A stretch of 64,000 nucleotides of DNA from Eledone cirrhosa (Eukaryota): assembly GCA_964016885.1 (NCBI GenBank), contig OZ024756.1, forward strand, positions 30,008,001 through 30,072,000, in the 5' to 3' direction. How positions within the stretch are numbered: position 1 is the first letter of the stretch; every line of letters begins with the position of its first letter. Below are positions 1-15,356 of this stretch, one piece after another. A program made the position numbers and the translations under genes. The notes under the pieces were generated by a model. The model was not told the origin of the DNA, did not search any database, and saw nothing but the letters and a program-made list of their open reading frames with translations.

Positions 1-57
<57 letters not shown>

Positions 58-439
58 TATATATATATATACATATACAAAGCAGAGTCGTATTTATTAC
101 ACACACAGACACACATATATATATATATGTATACACATATACATATACATATACACACACACATATATATATATATATTTATATGTACGTATGTATATAA
201 CAAAAATGAATAAATAAAATATATAAATTAATAAAAATCCCCGCTCTCCTCCTCACAATCACCCCCCCCCGCCAAAAAAAGAACCCCTGACATCTCCTAA
301 ACATGGCCCTTGTATATGTACTTAAGTCAGTTGTTTACGAAAGAGAAAGCGGGGTGGGGTGGGGTGGGGGGGTGGAGGTGGGAGAATGAAGGATCTGGAA
401 TTATTTGGATTGTCAAGTATCGTTTTATAAAGAAAACAC

Positions 440-446
440 TAACGTT

Positions 447-479
<33 letters not shown>

Positions 480-526
480 GATGTCGTTATTGTTATTGTT
501 ATTATTAGCAGTATTATTATCAGCAA

Positions 527-613
<87 letters not shown>

Positions 614-630
614 TACCCCCACCACTACCC

Positions 631-686
<56 letters not shown>

Positions 687-800
687 GCTACTACTACTAC
701 TACTATAATGACAATTAGAAGAAAGAGAATGTATTTATTATTTCAAAGTTATTATTCAAGTGTAGTGACGAATGATGCTTTCAATTAACGTGTCTCCCTT

Positions 801-854
<54 letters not shown>

Positions 855-1145
855 TGTGTAGTTGTGTGTGTGTGCTTGTGTGTACTCATCTATGCGTCAG
901 TGTTTCAGTTTGTGTTTACCTAAAATACACAAAATAATCATGATGATGATGAAGATGATGTTGGTGGTGGTGGTGGTGGTGGTGGTGGTGGTAGTAGTGG
1001 TAGTGGTGGTGTGGTGGTGGTGGTAGTAGTGGTGGTGTGGTCGTGATGGTGGTGTGGTCGTGGTAGTGGTGGTAGTAGTGGTGGTGGTGGTGGTAGTAGT
1101 GGTGATAGTAGTGGTGGTGGTGGTGTGGTGGTGTGGTTGTGGTGG
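440..1145. repeat. Microsatellite cluster (TTG)n, (CTA)n, (TG)n, (GGT)n
   Basis: Directly visible; the ORFs here are homopolymeric translations. Confidence 0.95.
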
Positions 1146-1310
1146 GGGCTGTGTTTGAGAATGATTATGACTAAAATATAATATAAATAAGCTGTTTTGT
1201 TTATCATTGGAACGACGGTAACAGCAGAGAATAAGAAGTACATTGTAAGTATGTTTACGGAGATAGTTATGGATAGGAGCACACTCATACACCTCATATA
1301 TATATATATA

Positions 1311-1589
1311 TAGGAAAAAGTATGACCCCGACAGCAGAGCTCAAGCCGTTTCGACGGCTATTTCTGGAGCGTATTGAACCCCTAGACCCACGGATTCCCT
1401 ACTTCACACTGAAGGACCACAAATCCAGCTTCGACCGCAAACCATCCACCAGGCTTATAAAACCAACGAAGTCGGACATAGGGAGAATCAGTAAAAAGAT
1501 CCTGAGTCCAGAAATAGCCGTCGAAAGGGCTTGAGCTCTGCCGTCGGGGTCATTCTTTTTCCTGTTACCCACTCTACTACCCTAAGATC
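1311..1589 (+). mobile_element. Family A fold-back PLE end carrying an RT fragment in its loop
   Basis: Inverted arms 1311-1368 and 1507-1563; (TA)n on both sides; same sequence family as 3211, 9939, 14826, 19334 and 52447. Confidence 0.8.
1370..1504 (+). pseudogene. Penelope-like element reverse transcriptase fragment (45 codons)
   Basis: RIEPLDPRIPYFTLKDHKSSFDRKPSTRLIKPTKSDIGRISKKIL resembles the recalled TLKDHK..F...P..RLINP.KS.IG.ISK.IL block of GIY-YIG PLE RTs. Confidence 0.75.
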
Positions 1590-1908
1590 ATATATATATA
1601 TATATATATATACACACAAACATTTATATATAGAGGAAGAGAAAATAAATAGATAAATATATAAATATATATATAGATACGTTAAGACTAGATCCTATTA
1701 GTTTCACCCTTGTTAGAAAAAGAAAAGGAATTTTTCAACGTATTGGATGTTAACCCTTCATCGAGAGAGAACAAACACTTTCCCGCTTCACCAGATGTTA
1801 CTTTGACTCTGTGGTTGGACATCGGACACCTGTATGTGTCTTACTATATTTGCTGGGTTTCAGTAATAGGAACATAGTTTTTAAGATGGTGGTCGAACCC
1901 TGTATATT

Positions 1909-2592
1909 CTTGTGACGCTAAACTCCACCAGTTTCAGACTGCGCATCAACATATGATATCTCTCTCCACAAAGTTCGATCACCAGCAGCAGAGTTCAAAG
2001 AGCAAAGATTAAGTCCAGTCCATAAGTTGACATTGTCAAGCCATCGTTTTTGGCTGCCGGCCTCTCCTTCTCTTACCAGCCAACCTTCCTTCCAGGCATA
2101 ACCTACTCACACCACGAGTTGATCTTTTTATATGACCGTATAATTTGAGTACTCTTGACTTGACAATTGATGTAACTGGTCTAAGTTTTGTAATGTTGAG
2201 TAGCTCACTGATGCAGATACGGTCGCTGAGCCGCTTGCCAGTCATAAGTCTCATGATGTGGTTCTGGAATCTAGAGAGCTTCTGAAGTGACCTGGTCGTC
2301 CAATTAACACAGTCAAGACCATATAACACAGGTAGGATGTAATATCAAAGATCATAGCCGTCAAATGATAGGAAACTCGTTTTGATGTTAGTACTTCCTT
2401 GTTCTTGTTGAAAGCTGCCCAACCTAGAGCAATGTGATATTGCGCAGCAACCATTCCATTGATGTTTGATAATAGTTTGTGACCGAGATATAAAAACCGT
2501 AACTTGAGCAATTTGCTGGTTGTAGATTTTGAGTTGGCGATTGTTTTTATGAGTTGTCATATATTTTGAATATGTCTCACTATATATGCGGC
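1909..2592 (-). mobile_element. RTE-type LINE ORF2 3' fragment (frameshifted)
   Basis: FLYLG, LYG..W, RVLKLYGHIKR and GKRRRGR motifs across ORFs 2251-2511 and 2036-2329. Confidence 0.85.
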
Positions 2593-3006
2593 ACTATATT
2601 TGCTGGGTTTCAGTAATTGGAACATAGTTCTTAGGATGGTCGGACGTCGAACCCTGTATATTTCTAACAATATCTATTGAGTTTCAATAATACGAACATA
2701 GTTCTTAAGATGAGATCGTTAGTGATACTTGCTAGAGCATTATAAATGACGCTGGAATTTAAAAGCAAACACTCCTGACAAATGATGAATAGTATCTGAC
2801 GTCAAATACCACGTGATTGCATAAAATTCAAGCGGCCATAGCTCAGAGATGTATTAGTTATGTATTCAGAATTCTCGGATGTGCACAGTCAACTAAAATG
2901 CAACTAAACGAAACACTGTTTCTGATTATACATAATCCTGTTTACTATACATATTCATAAACAAATGTCTTATCAAAGAATCTATACATTACTTTTATGA
3001 TTATGC

Positions 3007-3064
<58 letters not shown>

Positions 3065-3134
3065 AAAGTTTGTATTGAACATTAAAGAAAAAAATTTACA
3101 AATCTATATTCAATATGAATAAAATATGAATCAT

Positions 3135-3210
<76 letters not shown>

Positions 3211-3214
<4 letters not shown>

Positions 3215-3418
3215 AACCAGTAAGACCCCGACAGCTGCGCTCAAGCCGTTTCGACGGCTAATTCTGGACGGCTAATTCAGTCCAGAATTAGCCGCCGAAA
3301 CGGCTTGAGCTCAGCTGTCGGGGTCTTACTGGTTCCTATTACCCACTCTACTACCTCAAGTATTGAGTACTTTGGTGCGTTATGGTCCACCTGGTTCCTT
3401 ACCACATTTCCTTCGTTA
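3211..3418 (+). mobile_element. Family A fold-back PLE end
   Basis: 59-bp inverted arms 3211-3269 and 3280-3338; unpaired tail to 3418; (TA)n flanks. Confidence 0.85.
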
Positions 3419-3435
3419 TATATATATATATATAT

Positions 3436-3861
3436 ATTAGAAAGTGAGGTTTTTTTTACAAAATGAAAAATAACCGAGGTGTCCTACACGAGTAAAATTA
3501 TAAAGAAAAAAGGATGAAATCGAAAATGCACCTGGAGTCTTATTTTTTAAAAATATATATATATTTATTTGGTTCCTTTACCGGTTTCGTAGTTCTGCTT
3601 TTCAAAAGTAGAGTTGAGATGGAGGGTCTGTGGTTTTTATCACATCTGAGATGTGATAAAAACCACAGACCCTCCATCTCAACTCTACTTTTGAAAAGCA
3701 GAACTACGAAACCGGTAAAGGAACCAAATAAATATATATATATTTAAAAAAAATAAGACTCCAGGTGCATTTTCGATTTCATCCCTTTTTCTTTATAATT
3801 TTACTCGTGTAGGACACCTCGGTTATTTTTCATTTTGTAAAAAAAAACCTCACTTTCTAAT
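3436..3861. repeat. Near-perfect palindrome of ~425 bp with a decayed HHR-like motif in each arm
   Basis: Centre at 3648 (cacatct-g-agatgtg); right arm 3688-3720 reads CTT TTGAAAA GCAG AA CTAC GAAA CCGG TA AAG, followed by AATAAA. Confidence 0.9.
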
Positions 3862-3983
3862 ATATATACGTATATATTAGAAAGTGAGATAGGAGGACAA
3901 GTAGAGGATAGAAGATAGATGAGAGTAAGTAAACAAAGAAGCAGAAGAGCGTATTTACAAGAACTACCTTCGTATTTAGTTAG

Positions 3984-4139
<156 letters not shown>

Positions 4140-4195
4140 ATACACACATACCCACGCACCTACATATATCCATATATCCATATATTTATATATAT

Positions 4196-4261
<66 letters not shown>

Positions 4262-4309
4262 ATAATATATATATATATATAATATGTATATATATAACAA
4301 GAAAAAGAA

Positions 4310-6715
4310 TGACCACCACCAACACCACCACCACCAACGACAACACCAACGACAACAACAACGACAACACAACCAACACCACCACCAACACCACCACCAC
4401 CACCAACAACAACACAACCAACACCACCACCAACACCACCACCACCAACACCAACAACACCACCAACGACAACCACACACCACCACCACCACCACCACCA
4501 CCACCACCAACACAACCACCCACCGCCACCAACCAACACCAACAACACCCACCAACAACACACAACCAACACCACCACCAACACCAACACCACCACACCA
4601 CCACCACCACCAACACCAACAACACCACCAACACAACACCACCAACACCACCAACAACACCACCAACAACAACACAACCAACACCACCACCAACACCACC
4701 ACCACCAACACCAACAACACCACCAACGACAACACAACCAACACCACCACCAACACCAACAACACCACCAACAACAACACAACCAACACCACCACCAACA
4801 CCACCACCACCAACACCAACAACACCACCAACGACAACACAACCAACACCACCACCAACACCAACACCAACAACACCAACAACAACAACACAACCAACAC
4901 CACCACCAACACCACCACCACCAACACCAACAACACCACCAACAACAACACAACCAACACCACCACCAACACCACCACCACCAACACCAACAACACCACC
5001 AACGACAACACAACCAACACCACCACCAACAACACCACCACCAACACCAACACCACCACCAACAACAACACAACCAACACCACCACCAACACCAACAACA
5101 CCACCAACAACAACACAACCAACACCACCACCAACACCACCACCACCAACACCAACAACACCACCAACGACAACACAACCAACGACAACACCAACACCAA
5201 CACCAACAACACCACCAACAACAACACAACCAACACCACCACCAACACCAACAACACCACCAACAACACCACAACCAACACCACCACCAACACCACCACC
5301 ACCAACACCAACAACACCACCAACGACAACACAACCAACACCACCACCAACACCAACACCAACAACACCACCAACAACAACACAACCAACACCACCACCA
5401 ACACCACCACCACCAACACCAACAACACCACCAACGACAACACAACCAACACCACCACCAACACCAACACCAACAACACCACCAACAACAACACAACCAA
5501 CACCACCACCAACACCACCACCACCAACACCAACAACACCACCAACGTCAACACAACCAACACCACCACCAACACCAACAACACCACCAACAAGAACACA
5601 ACCAACACCACTACCAACACCACCACCACCACCAACACCAACAACACCACCAACGACAACACAACCAACACCAACACCAACACCAACACCAACACCAACA
5701 ACACCACCAACAACAACACAACCAACACCACCACCACCAACACCACACACCACCAACACCAACACCACCACCAACAACAACACAACCAACACCACCACCA
5801 ACACCAACAACACCACCAACAACAACACAACCAACACCACCACCAACACCACCACCACCAACACCAACAACACCACCAACGACAACACAACCAACGACAA
5901 CACCAACACCAACACCACCAACACCACCAACGACAACACAACCAACGACAACACCAACACCAACACCAACAACACCACCACCAACAACAACACAACCAAC
6001 ACCAACACCAACAACACCACCAACAAAAACACAACCAACGACAACACCAACACCAACACCAACAACACCACCAACGACAACACAACCAACACCAACACCA
6101 ACAACACCACCAACAACAACACAACCAACACCACCACCAACACCACCACCACCAACACCAACAACACCACCAACGACAACACAACCAACGACAACACCAA
6201 CACCAACACCAACAACACCACCAACAACAACACAACCAACGACAACACCAACACCAACACCAACAACAGCACCAACAACAACACCAACAACACCAACAAC
6301 ACCACCAACAACAACACCAACAACAACAACACCACCACCGCCACCACCACCACCAACATCAACAACAACAGCAATAACATTACTACAGCAGTTTCCCCCA
6401 CCCCACCACAACCACCATCATCAGCCACCACCACCTCTACCACTACTACTACTCTCACCAACACACACATCATCAACACCACACTACCACCATCACTACA
6501 ACCACCACCACCACCACCAACACCACTAGCACCACCGCCACTAGCACCAGCACCACTATCATCACCGTCACACACATCATCAACCACCACCACCACCACC
6601 ACCACCACTACCATCACCATCACACGTATCATCAACACCACCACCATCACTACCCCCCCAACCACCACCACCACCACCACCACCACCACCACCACCACCA
6701 CCGCTACTACTAGTA
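4310..6715. repeat. Higher-order (ACC/AAC) compound repeat
   Basis: Recurring acaacacaaccaacaccaccacc units; open in several frames on both strands. Confidence 0.9.
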
Positions 6716-6821
6716 ACTAAAGCCCACCTCTGCCTACCCCCCACACCACTGCGATGCTTAAACGCCAGTCAACATTTTGCGCAGCGGCGTTGTCATAGCA
6801 ACATTCCAGTGTCTGTTCTTT

Positions 6822-6857
6822 AGCAGCAGCAGCAGCAGCAGCAACAGTAGCAGCAAC

Positions 6858-6925
<68 letters not shown>

Positions 6926-6930
6926 TAGTG

Positions 6931-6977
<47 letters not shown>

Positions 6978-7175
6978 AGTAGTAGTGGTAGTAGTAGTAG
7001 TAGTAATAGTAGTAGTAGTAGTAGTAGTAGTAATAGTAGTAGTAGTAGTAGCAGTAGTAGTAGTAGTAGTGGTAGTAGTAGTAGTAGTAGTAATAGTAGT
7101 AGTAGTAGTAGTAATAGTAGTAGTAGTAATAGTAGTAGTAGTAGTAGTAGTAGTAGTAGCAGAGCAGCAGCAGCC

Positions 7176-7209
<34 letters not shown>

Positions 7210-7452
7210 TAGTAGTAGTGGTAGTAGTAGTAGTAGTAGTAATAGTAGTAGTAGCAGCAGTAGTAGCAGTAGTAGTAGTAGTAGTAGTAGCAGTAGTAGC
7301 AGTAGCAGTAGCAGTAGTAGTAGTAACAATAGTAGCAGTAGCAGCAGCAGCAGTAGTAGTAATAGTAGTAGTAGTAGTAGTAGTAGTGGTAGTAGTAGTA
7401 GTAGTAGTGGTAGTGGTAGTAGTAGTAGTAGTGGTAGTGGTAGTAGTAGTAG
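6822..7452. repeat. (GTA/GCA)n microsatellite
   Basis: Directly visible. Confidence 0.95.
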
Positions 7453-7821
7453 TGCATCTTTCTCCAGCTTGCCGCAGCATCGGTGTGATCAATACGGCTG
7501 CTGGTAGTGTGTGCAGGGGGGGGGGATGTGTGTGTCTGATGTTTTAGTAAGGTGATGGTACACACACATATACATATATATATATATATATACACACGTA
7601 CACATCCACACACTCACATATAGACATACACATATGTACGATCATAGACACATATGTATGGTCATAGACATAGACATACACACATAGAAATACGTATATA
7701 TATAGACATATACAGACATGGATACACATACACGCACATCCATACGTATATATATATATATGTGTGTGTTTGTATATATTTATTAAAATAACAGATTAAA
7801 GTTTAAGCAAAGAATCGCTGC

Positions 7822-9092
<1,271 letters not shown>

Positions 9093-9127
9093 TATATATA
9101 TATAGTTATATATATATATATATATAT

Positions 9128-9161
9128 AGCTGAAGAGCCGCGAAGGTGAAACAATTGTTCT
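9128..9161 (+). ncRNA. Minimal type I hammerhead ribozyme (stem I truncated by the TA tract)
   Basis: AG CTGAAGA GCC gcgaa GGT GAAA CAATTG TT CT; palindromic stem III; unit 9128-9262 lies between (TA)n tracts. Confidence 0.75.
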
Positions 9162-9261
9162 CGGTATGGTGAACCAACTGTTGTGTAACCACTTCTATCT
9201 AACTCGTCCCTTGGAGTGAGTGCTCTACCACTACGGATATTACCTTCCAGTGTTCCACCAC

Positions 9262-9295
<34 letters not shown>

Positions 9296-9334
9296 TAAAT
9301 ATAAATACATAAATACATATGTATGTATATATAC

Positions 9335-9367
<33 letters not shown>

Positions 9368-9369
9368 CA

Positions 9370-9454
<85 letters not shown>

Positions 9455-9540
9455 CTGCTAGAGTGAACCTCTTCAAATGAAGTTGATGTTTATTACGGTA
9501 TGTCGAATATATTTATCTATAAAACTGTTTATATTGTATT

Positions 9541-9595
9541 TTGTCTGATGAAGGCATAGCATATTGTTAATATGATATCCCCGAAATATATATAA
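9541..9595 (+). ncRNA. Type I hammerhead ribozyme, partly decayed
   Basis: CTGATGA, imperfect hairpin (CATATT/AATATG), GAAA TATA TA; downstream tail shared with the 28765 HHR. Confidence 0.7.
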
Positions 9596-9640
9596 TGAAA
9601 TAGATATGGTTTTATAAATATAGTTTTCCATTTATTTAAT

Positions 9641-9740
<100 letters not shown>

Positions 9741-9895
9741 TATACGCATATAGACACACACGTATACAAATGTGCGTGTTGAGTGCGTCAGGGTGTAGCT
9801 CTAGTGGCTGCTGCTGATTTTACTACTACCACTACTACTACTACTACTATATATATATATATATACACACACACATATATATATATATACACACG

Positions 9896-9938
<43 letters not shown>

Positions 9939-9940
<2 letters not shown>

Positions 9941-10073
9941 CGAAGGAAATGTGGTGTACGGAACCAGGTAGACCATAACGCACCAAAGTACTCAATACTT
10001 AGGGTAGTATAGTGTGTAATAGGAACGAGTAGGACCCCGACGGCTGAGCTCAAGTCGCTTCGACGGCTAAATT
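9939..10073 (-). mobile_element. Family A PLE end (single arm)
   Basis: Reverse-complement match to 3290-3418. Confidence 0.85.
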
Positions 10074-10129
10074 TTACTACTACTACTACGACTACTTAGT
10101 GGTGTTGGTGCTGTTGCAGTTATTAGTGG

Positions 10130-11660
10130 TGTGTATGTGTGTTATTGTGTGTATGTGTATTTGTGTTATTGTGTGTATGTGTATGTGTGTTATTGTGTGT
10201 ATGTGTATTTGTGTTATTGTGTGTATGTGTATTTGTGTTAGTGTGTGCATGTGTATTTGTGTTAGTGTGTTTATGTGTATTTGTGTTATTGTGTGTATGT
10301 GTATTTGTGTTATTGTGTGTATGTGTATTTGTGTTAGTGTGTGTATGTGTATTTGTGCTATTGTGTGTATGTGTATTTGTGTTTGTGTGTGTATGTGTGT
10401 ATGTGTATTTGTGTTATTGTGTGTATGTGTATTTGTGTTATTGTGTGTATGTGTATTTGTGTTAGTGTGTTTATGTGTATTTGTGTTATTGTGTGTATGT
10501 GTATTTGTGTTATTGTGTGTATGTGTATTTGTGTTAGTGTGTTTATGTGTATTTGTGTTATTGTGTGTATGTGTATTTGTGTTATTGTGTGTATGTGTAT
10601 TTGTATTAGTGTGTGTATGTGTATTTGTATTATTGTGTGTATGTGTATTTGTGTTATTGTGTGTATGTGTATTTGTGTTAGTGTGTTTATGTGTATTTGT
10701 GTTATTGTGTGTATGTGTATTTGTGTTATTGTGTGTATGTGTATTTGTATTAGTGTGTGTATGTGTATTTGTATTAGTGTGTGTATGTGTATTTGTGTTA
10801 TTGTGTGTATGTGTATTTGTGTTATTGTGTGTATGTGTATTTGTGTTATTGTGTGTATGTGTATTTGTGCTATTGTGTGTATGTGTATTTGTGTTAGTGT
10901 GTGTATGTGTATTTGTGCTATTGTGTGTATGTGTATTTGTGTTTGTGTGTGTATGTGTGTATGTGTATTTGTGTTATTGTGTGTATGTGTATTTGTGTTA
11001 TTGTGTGTTTGTGTATTTGTGCTATTGTGTGTATGTGTATTTGTGTTAGTGTCTGTATGTGTATTTGTGCTATTGTGTGTATGTGTATTTGTGTTTGTGT
11101 GTGTATGTGTGTATGTGTATTTGTGTTATTGTGTGTATGTGTATTTGTGTTATTGTGTGTATGTGTATTTGTGTTATTGTGTGTATGTGTATTTGTGTTA
11201 TTGTGTGTATGTGTATTTGTGTTATTGTGTGTATGTGTATTTGTATTAGTGTGTGTATGTGTATTTGTGTTATTGTGTGTGTATGTGTGTATGTGTATTT
11301 GTGTTATTGTGTGTATGTGTATTTGTGTTTGTGTGTGTATGTGTGTATGTGTATTTGTGTTATTGTGTGTATGTGTATTTGTGTTATTGTGTGTATGTGT
11401 ATTTGTGTTATTGTGTGTATGTGTATTTGTGTTATTGTGTGTATGTGTATTTGTGTTATTGTGTATATGTGTATTTGTGCTATTGTGTGTATGTGTATTT
11501 GTATTAGTGTGTGTATGTGTATTTGTGTTATTGTGTGTATGTGTATTTGTGTTATTGTGTGCATGTGTATTTGTGTTATTGTGTGTATGTGTTATTGTGT
11601 GTATGTGTATTTGTGTTATTGTGTGTATGTGTATTTGTGTTAGTGTGTGTATTTGTGTGT
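10130..11660. repeat. 24-bp minisatellite (gtgtatttgtgttattgtgtgtat)
   Basis: Tandem units; 8-aa periodicity in the ORF track. Confidence 0.95.
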
Positions 11661-11769
11661 ATATGTCTGTGTGTTAGTGTGTGTATGTGTGATAGTGTTC
11701 CTCACTATATATGTGTGTGTGTGTGTGCGTGTATCTGTGCTCTTATGTACCCGTGTATATATGTGTGTG

Positions 11770-12260
11770 TGTGTTTGTACCTCTGTGTACGTTTCATTGT
11801 GTGTATGTATGTGTGTACTTGTACCTCTGTGTATGTTTCATTGTGTGTATGTGTATGTGTACTTGTACCTCTGTGTATGTTTCATTGTGTATATGTATGT
11901 GTGTGTACTTGTACCTCTGTGTATGTTTCATTGTGTATATGTATGTGTGTGTACTTGTACCTCTGTGTATGTTTCATTGTGTGTATGTATGTGTGTGTAC
12001 TTGTACCTCTGTGTATGTTTCATTGTGTGTATGTATGTGTGTGTTTGTACCTCTGTGTATGTTTCATTGTGTGTATGTGTGTGAATGTACTTGTACCTCT
12101 GTGTATGTTTCATTGTGTGTATGTATGTGTGTGTTTGTACCTCTGTGTATGTTTCATTGTGTATATGTATGTGTGTACTTGTACCGCTGCGTACGTTTCA
12201 TTGTATGTATGTATGTGTGTGTGTATGTACCACTGTGTATGTTTCATTGTGTGTATGTAT
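11770..12260. repeat. ~45-bp minisatellite (gtacttgtacctctgtgtatgtttcattgtgt...)
   Basis: About 10 tandem units. Confidence 0.9.
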
Positions 12261-12379
12261 GTGTATATGTGCATGTGTGTATATGTGCATGTGTGTATAT
12301 GTGCGTGTGTGTATATCTGCATGTCTGTATATGTGCATGTGTGTATGTGTGCATGTATCTGTTACAATTAATGTGACAC

Positions 12380-12849
12380 ATGTTGGTATCGTTGTTGTAG
12401 TTGTTGCTATAGTTACTACTATTGTTGTTGTTGTTGTTGCAGTTGTTGCTATAGTTACTATTGTTGTTGTTGTTGTAACTGTTGTTGTTGTTGCAGTTGT
12501 TGCTATAGTTACTATTGTTGTTGTTGTTGTAACTGTTGTTGTTGCAGTTGTTGCTATAGTTACCATTGTTGCTGTGACAGTTGTAATTATAATTGTTGCA
12601 AACAGAATTGGCTTTGCCGTTGCTATCATTAATGACTCCGTTGCTGTCACCGTTGCTAATGTAACTGTTGCTATAGCAACTACTATTCTAGTTGTTGCTA
12701 ATGCTGTTACTATTGCCGTTGTTGCTGTCACCATTGCCAATGTAACTGCTGCTATAGCAACTGCTACTCTAGTTGTTGCTAATACCGTTACTATCGCCGT
12801 TGTTGCTGCGATTATTGCTAATGAAACAACTACTACTCTGGGTGTTGCT

Positions 12850-12899
<50 letters not shown>

Positions 12900-13799
12900 C
12901 CATAATTACAACAACAAAGGTAAAAAGAACGCCAACCATTTTTCATTAATTACACAAGTTAATCCCCTCATTACCATCCACACGAAAACACCAACATACC
13001 ATCATACTAACATACCAACACACCAAGACACTAACACACCAACACATCAACACACCTACATACCAACATACCAGCACACCCCGACACCAACACACCAACA
13101 CACCAACACACAAACACACAAACACACCAACACATCAACACACCAACACCCCAACCCACCAAGACACCAAGGCACCAAGACACCAACATACCAACACACT
13201 AACACATCTACACACCAATACACCTCCACACCAGCACACCATCACACTAACACACCAACACCCCAACCCATCAAGACACGAAGGCACCAAGACACCATAT
13301 ACCAACACACTAACACATCTACACACCAACACACCTCCACACCAGCACACCATCACACTAACACACCAACACCCCAACCCACAACCCACGAAGACACGAA
13401 TGCACCAAGACACCAACATACCATCACACTAACACACCAACACCCCAACCCACGAAGACACGAATGCACCAAGACACCAAGATACCAACTCACTAACACA
13501 TCTACACACCAATACACCTCCACACCAGCATACCATCACACTAACACACCAACACCCCAACCCACCAAGACAACAAGGCACCAACACCCCAAACCACCAA
13601 GACACCATCAACCCTACATACCAAGACACCAACACATCAACATACCACCACACCAACACACCAACACACGATCCACACCAAGATACCAACACAACAACAC
13701 ATCAATACACGAGCATAGCAACACACCACAACACCACTACACCAACACACTAAACAAACCAGGAAACTACGCCTCTCTCTCCCTCTATCTATCCCCCTC

Positions 13800-13880
<81 letters not shown>
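12380..13880. repeat. Degenerate (GTT)n, (AAC)n, acacca-rich repeats and (TC)n
   Basis: Directly visible. Confidence 0.85.
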
Positions 13881-13882
<2 letters not shown>

Positions 13883-14215
13883 ATCATTTCTCACATAACT
13901 TTTTAACCCGTTGGCCATCACAACTATACAACACTACTTTTACTTCTCGCAACAATGGATTCCGATCAACACCTCTTGCCACAAGAAACGAGAAGGCGTC
14001 ACAAATAAATGTCGTTGTTGTTTATATTCCTTAGGCTGTGACACTCTTCAACACACTACTGCTTCGCTAACGAAGCTACCGTGTTAATTATATAATGATA
14101 TAATATCATTTATGCCACCCATACTTTCAGCAGTCAGCTACTCCTCCTACGAGAAAATGAACTGACAAGTTAAGAAATGAAATGACACCAATCTATGATA
14201 GATAGAACGTAGATA

Positions 14216-14257
<42 letters not shown>

Positions 14258-14259
<2 letters not shown>

Positions 14260-14812
14260 CATGAGAAGAAAGAAGAATACTGCGTGGTTTGCACATGGGT
14301 TACATATGATAAAAATAGTCCTTCGTCAGTGATTTTCCAACCATCATTGGTATTTCATCGCATTAAAAATCAGATACCCCAGGTTGGTCCGAGCAATAAC
14401 TAAAATAAGTTATTGGGACCAGTAATCGCGTAAAGCGAGGGGGACAAGTGAACAACATAGAAGGATAAAAACAAACCAAAGAAGGGAAATAAACCAGCAA
14501 CATGGTAGTCCTGGTCAGCATAAGCTGGGTGGATTTCATGAGCGAAAGGTACAGACGTCCGACGTGAGTGAGATGTAAGCAAGAAGAGGCCCACTGTTAG
14601 CCAAACGGGAGGAAGTGAGAAGGGGAGAAACAGAGAGTGAGTGAGTGGAAGTGCGAGGAAGAGGCCAGTCAAGAGAAAGGGGCGAAAGAAGGTGAGAGAA
14701 ACAGATAGAGCGGGGAAGCAGTAAGAGAGAAACAGACAAACGCAGCCGAGGTAAATATATATAAAAAACATGATAAGAAAGAAGAATACTGCGTGGTTTT
14801 TCACATGGGTTA
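14258..14812 (-). mobile_element. PLE-like end with a direct terminal repeat and half an HHR
   Basis: Direct repeat 14258-14305 / 14767-14812; minus strand CTGACGA A GGAC near 14320-14336; (TA)n flanks. Confidence 0.55.
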
Positions 14813-14825
14813 TATATATATATAT

Positions 14826-15020
14826 AACGAAGGAAATGTGGTAAGGAACCAGATGGACCATAATACACCAAAGTACTCAATACTTAGGGTAGCAGAGTGG
14901 GTAATAGGAACGAGTAGGACCCCGACGGCTGAGCTCAAGCAGTTTCGACGGCTAATTCTGGACTGGTCCAGAATTAGCCGTCGAAACGGCTTGAGCTCAG
15001 CCGTCGGGGTCCTACTCGTT

Positions 15021-15024
<4 letters not shown>
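14826..15024 (-). mobile_element. Family A fold-back PLE end
   Basis: Palindrome centred near 14963; short arm ends at ccTA and joins (TA)n. Confidence 0.85.
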
Positions 15025-15093
<69 letters not shown>

Positions 15094-15154
15094 TATATAT
15101 ATATATAGTATATATATATATAGTATATATATATATATAGTACATATATAGATA

Positions 15155-15191
<37 letters not shown>

Positions 15192-15293
15192 AATGTGTGT
15201 ATATATATACACACATACATAGATACATTTACATCTGGTGTCTTATATTATATATATGTAAATAAATATCTACGTATGTATTTATGTGTATAC

Positions 15294-15356
<63 letters not shown>

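Noticed and set aside
4309-6720. 803-aa mucin-like Thr/Pro ORF
   Set aside because: It is an A/C-only repeat open in multiple frames on both strands, shifts register mid-way, and has no signal peptide or credible splice context.
12085-14034. 649-aa ORF
   Set aside because: It runs through consecutive unrelated microsatellites and has no domain.
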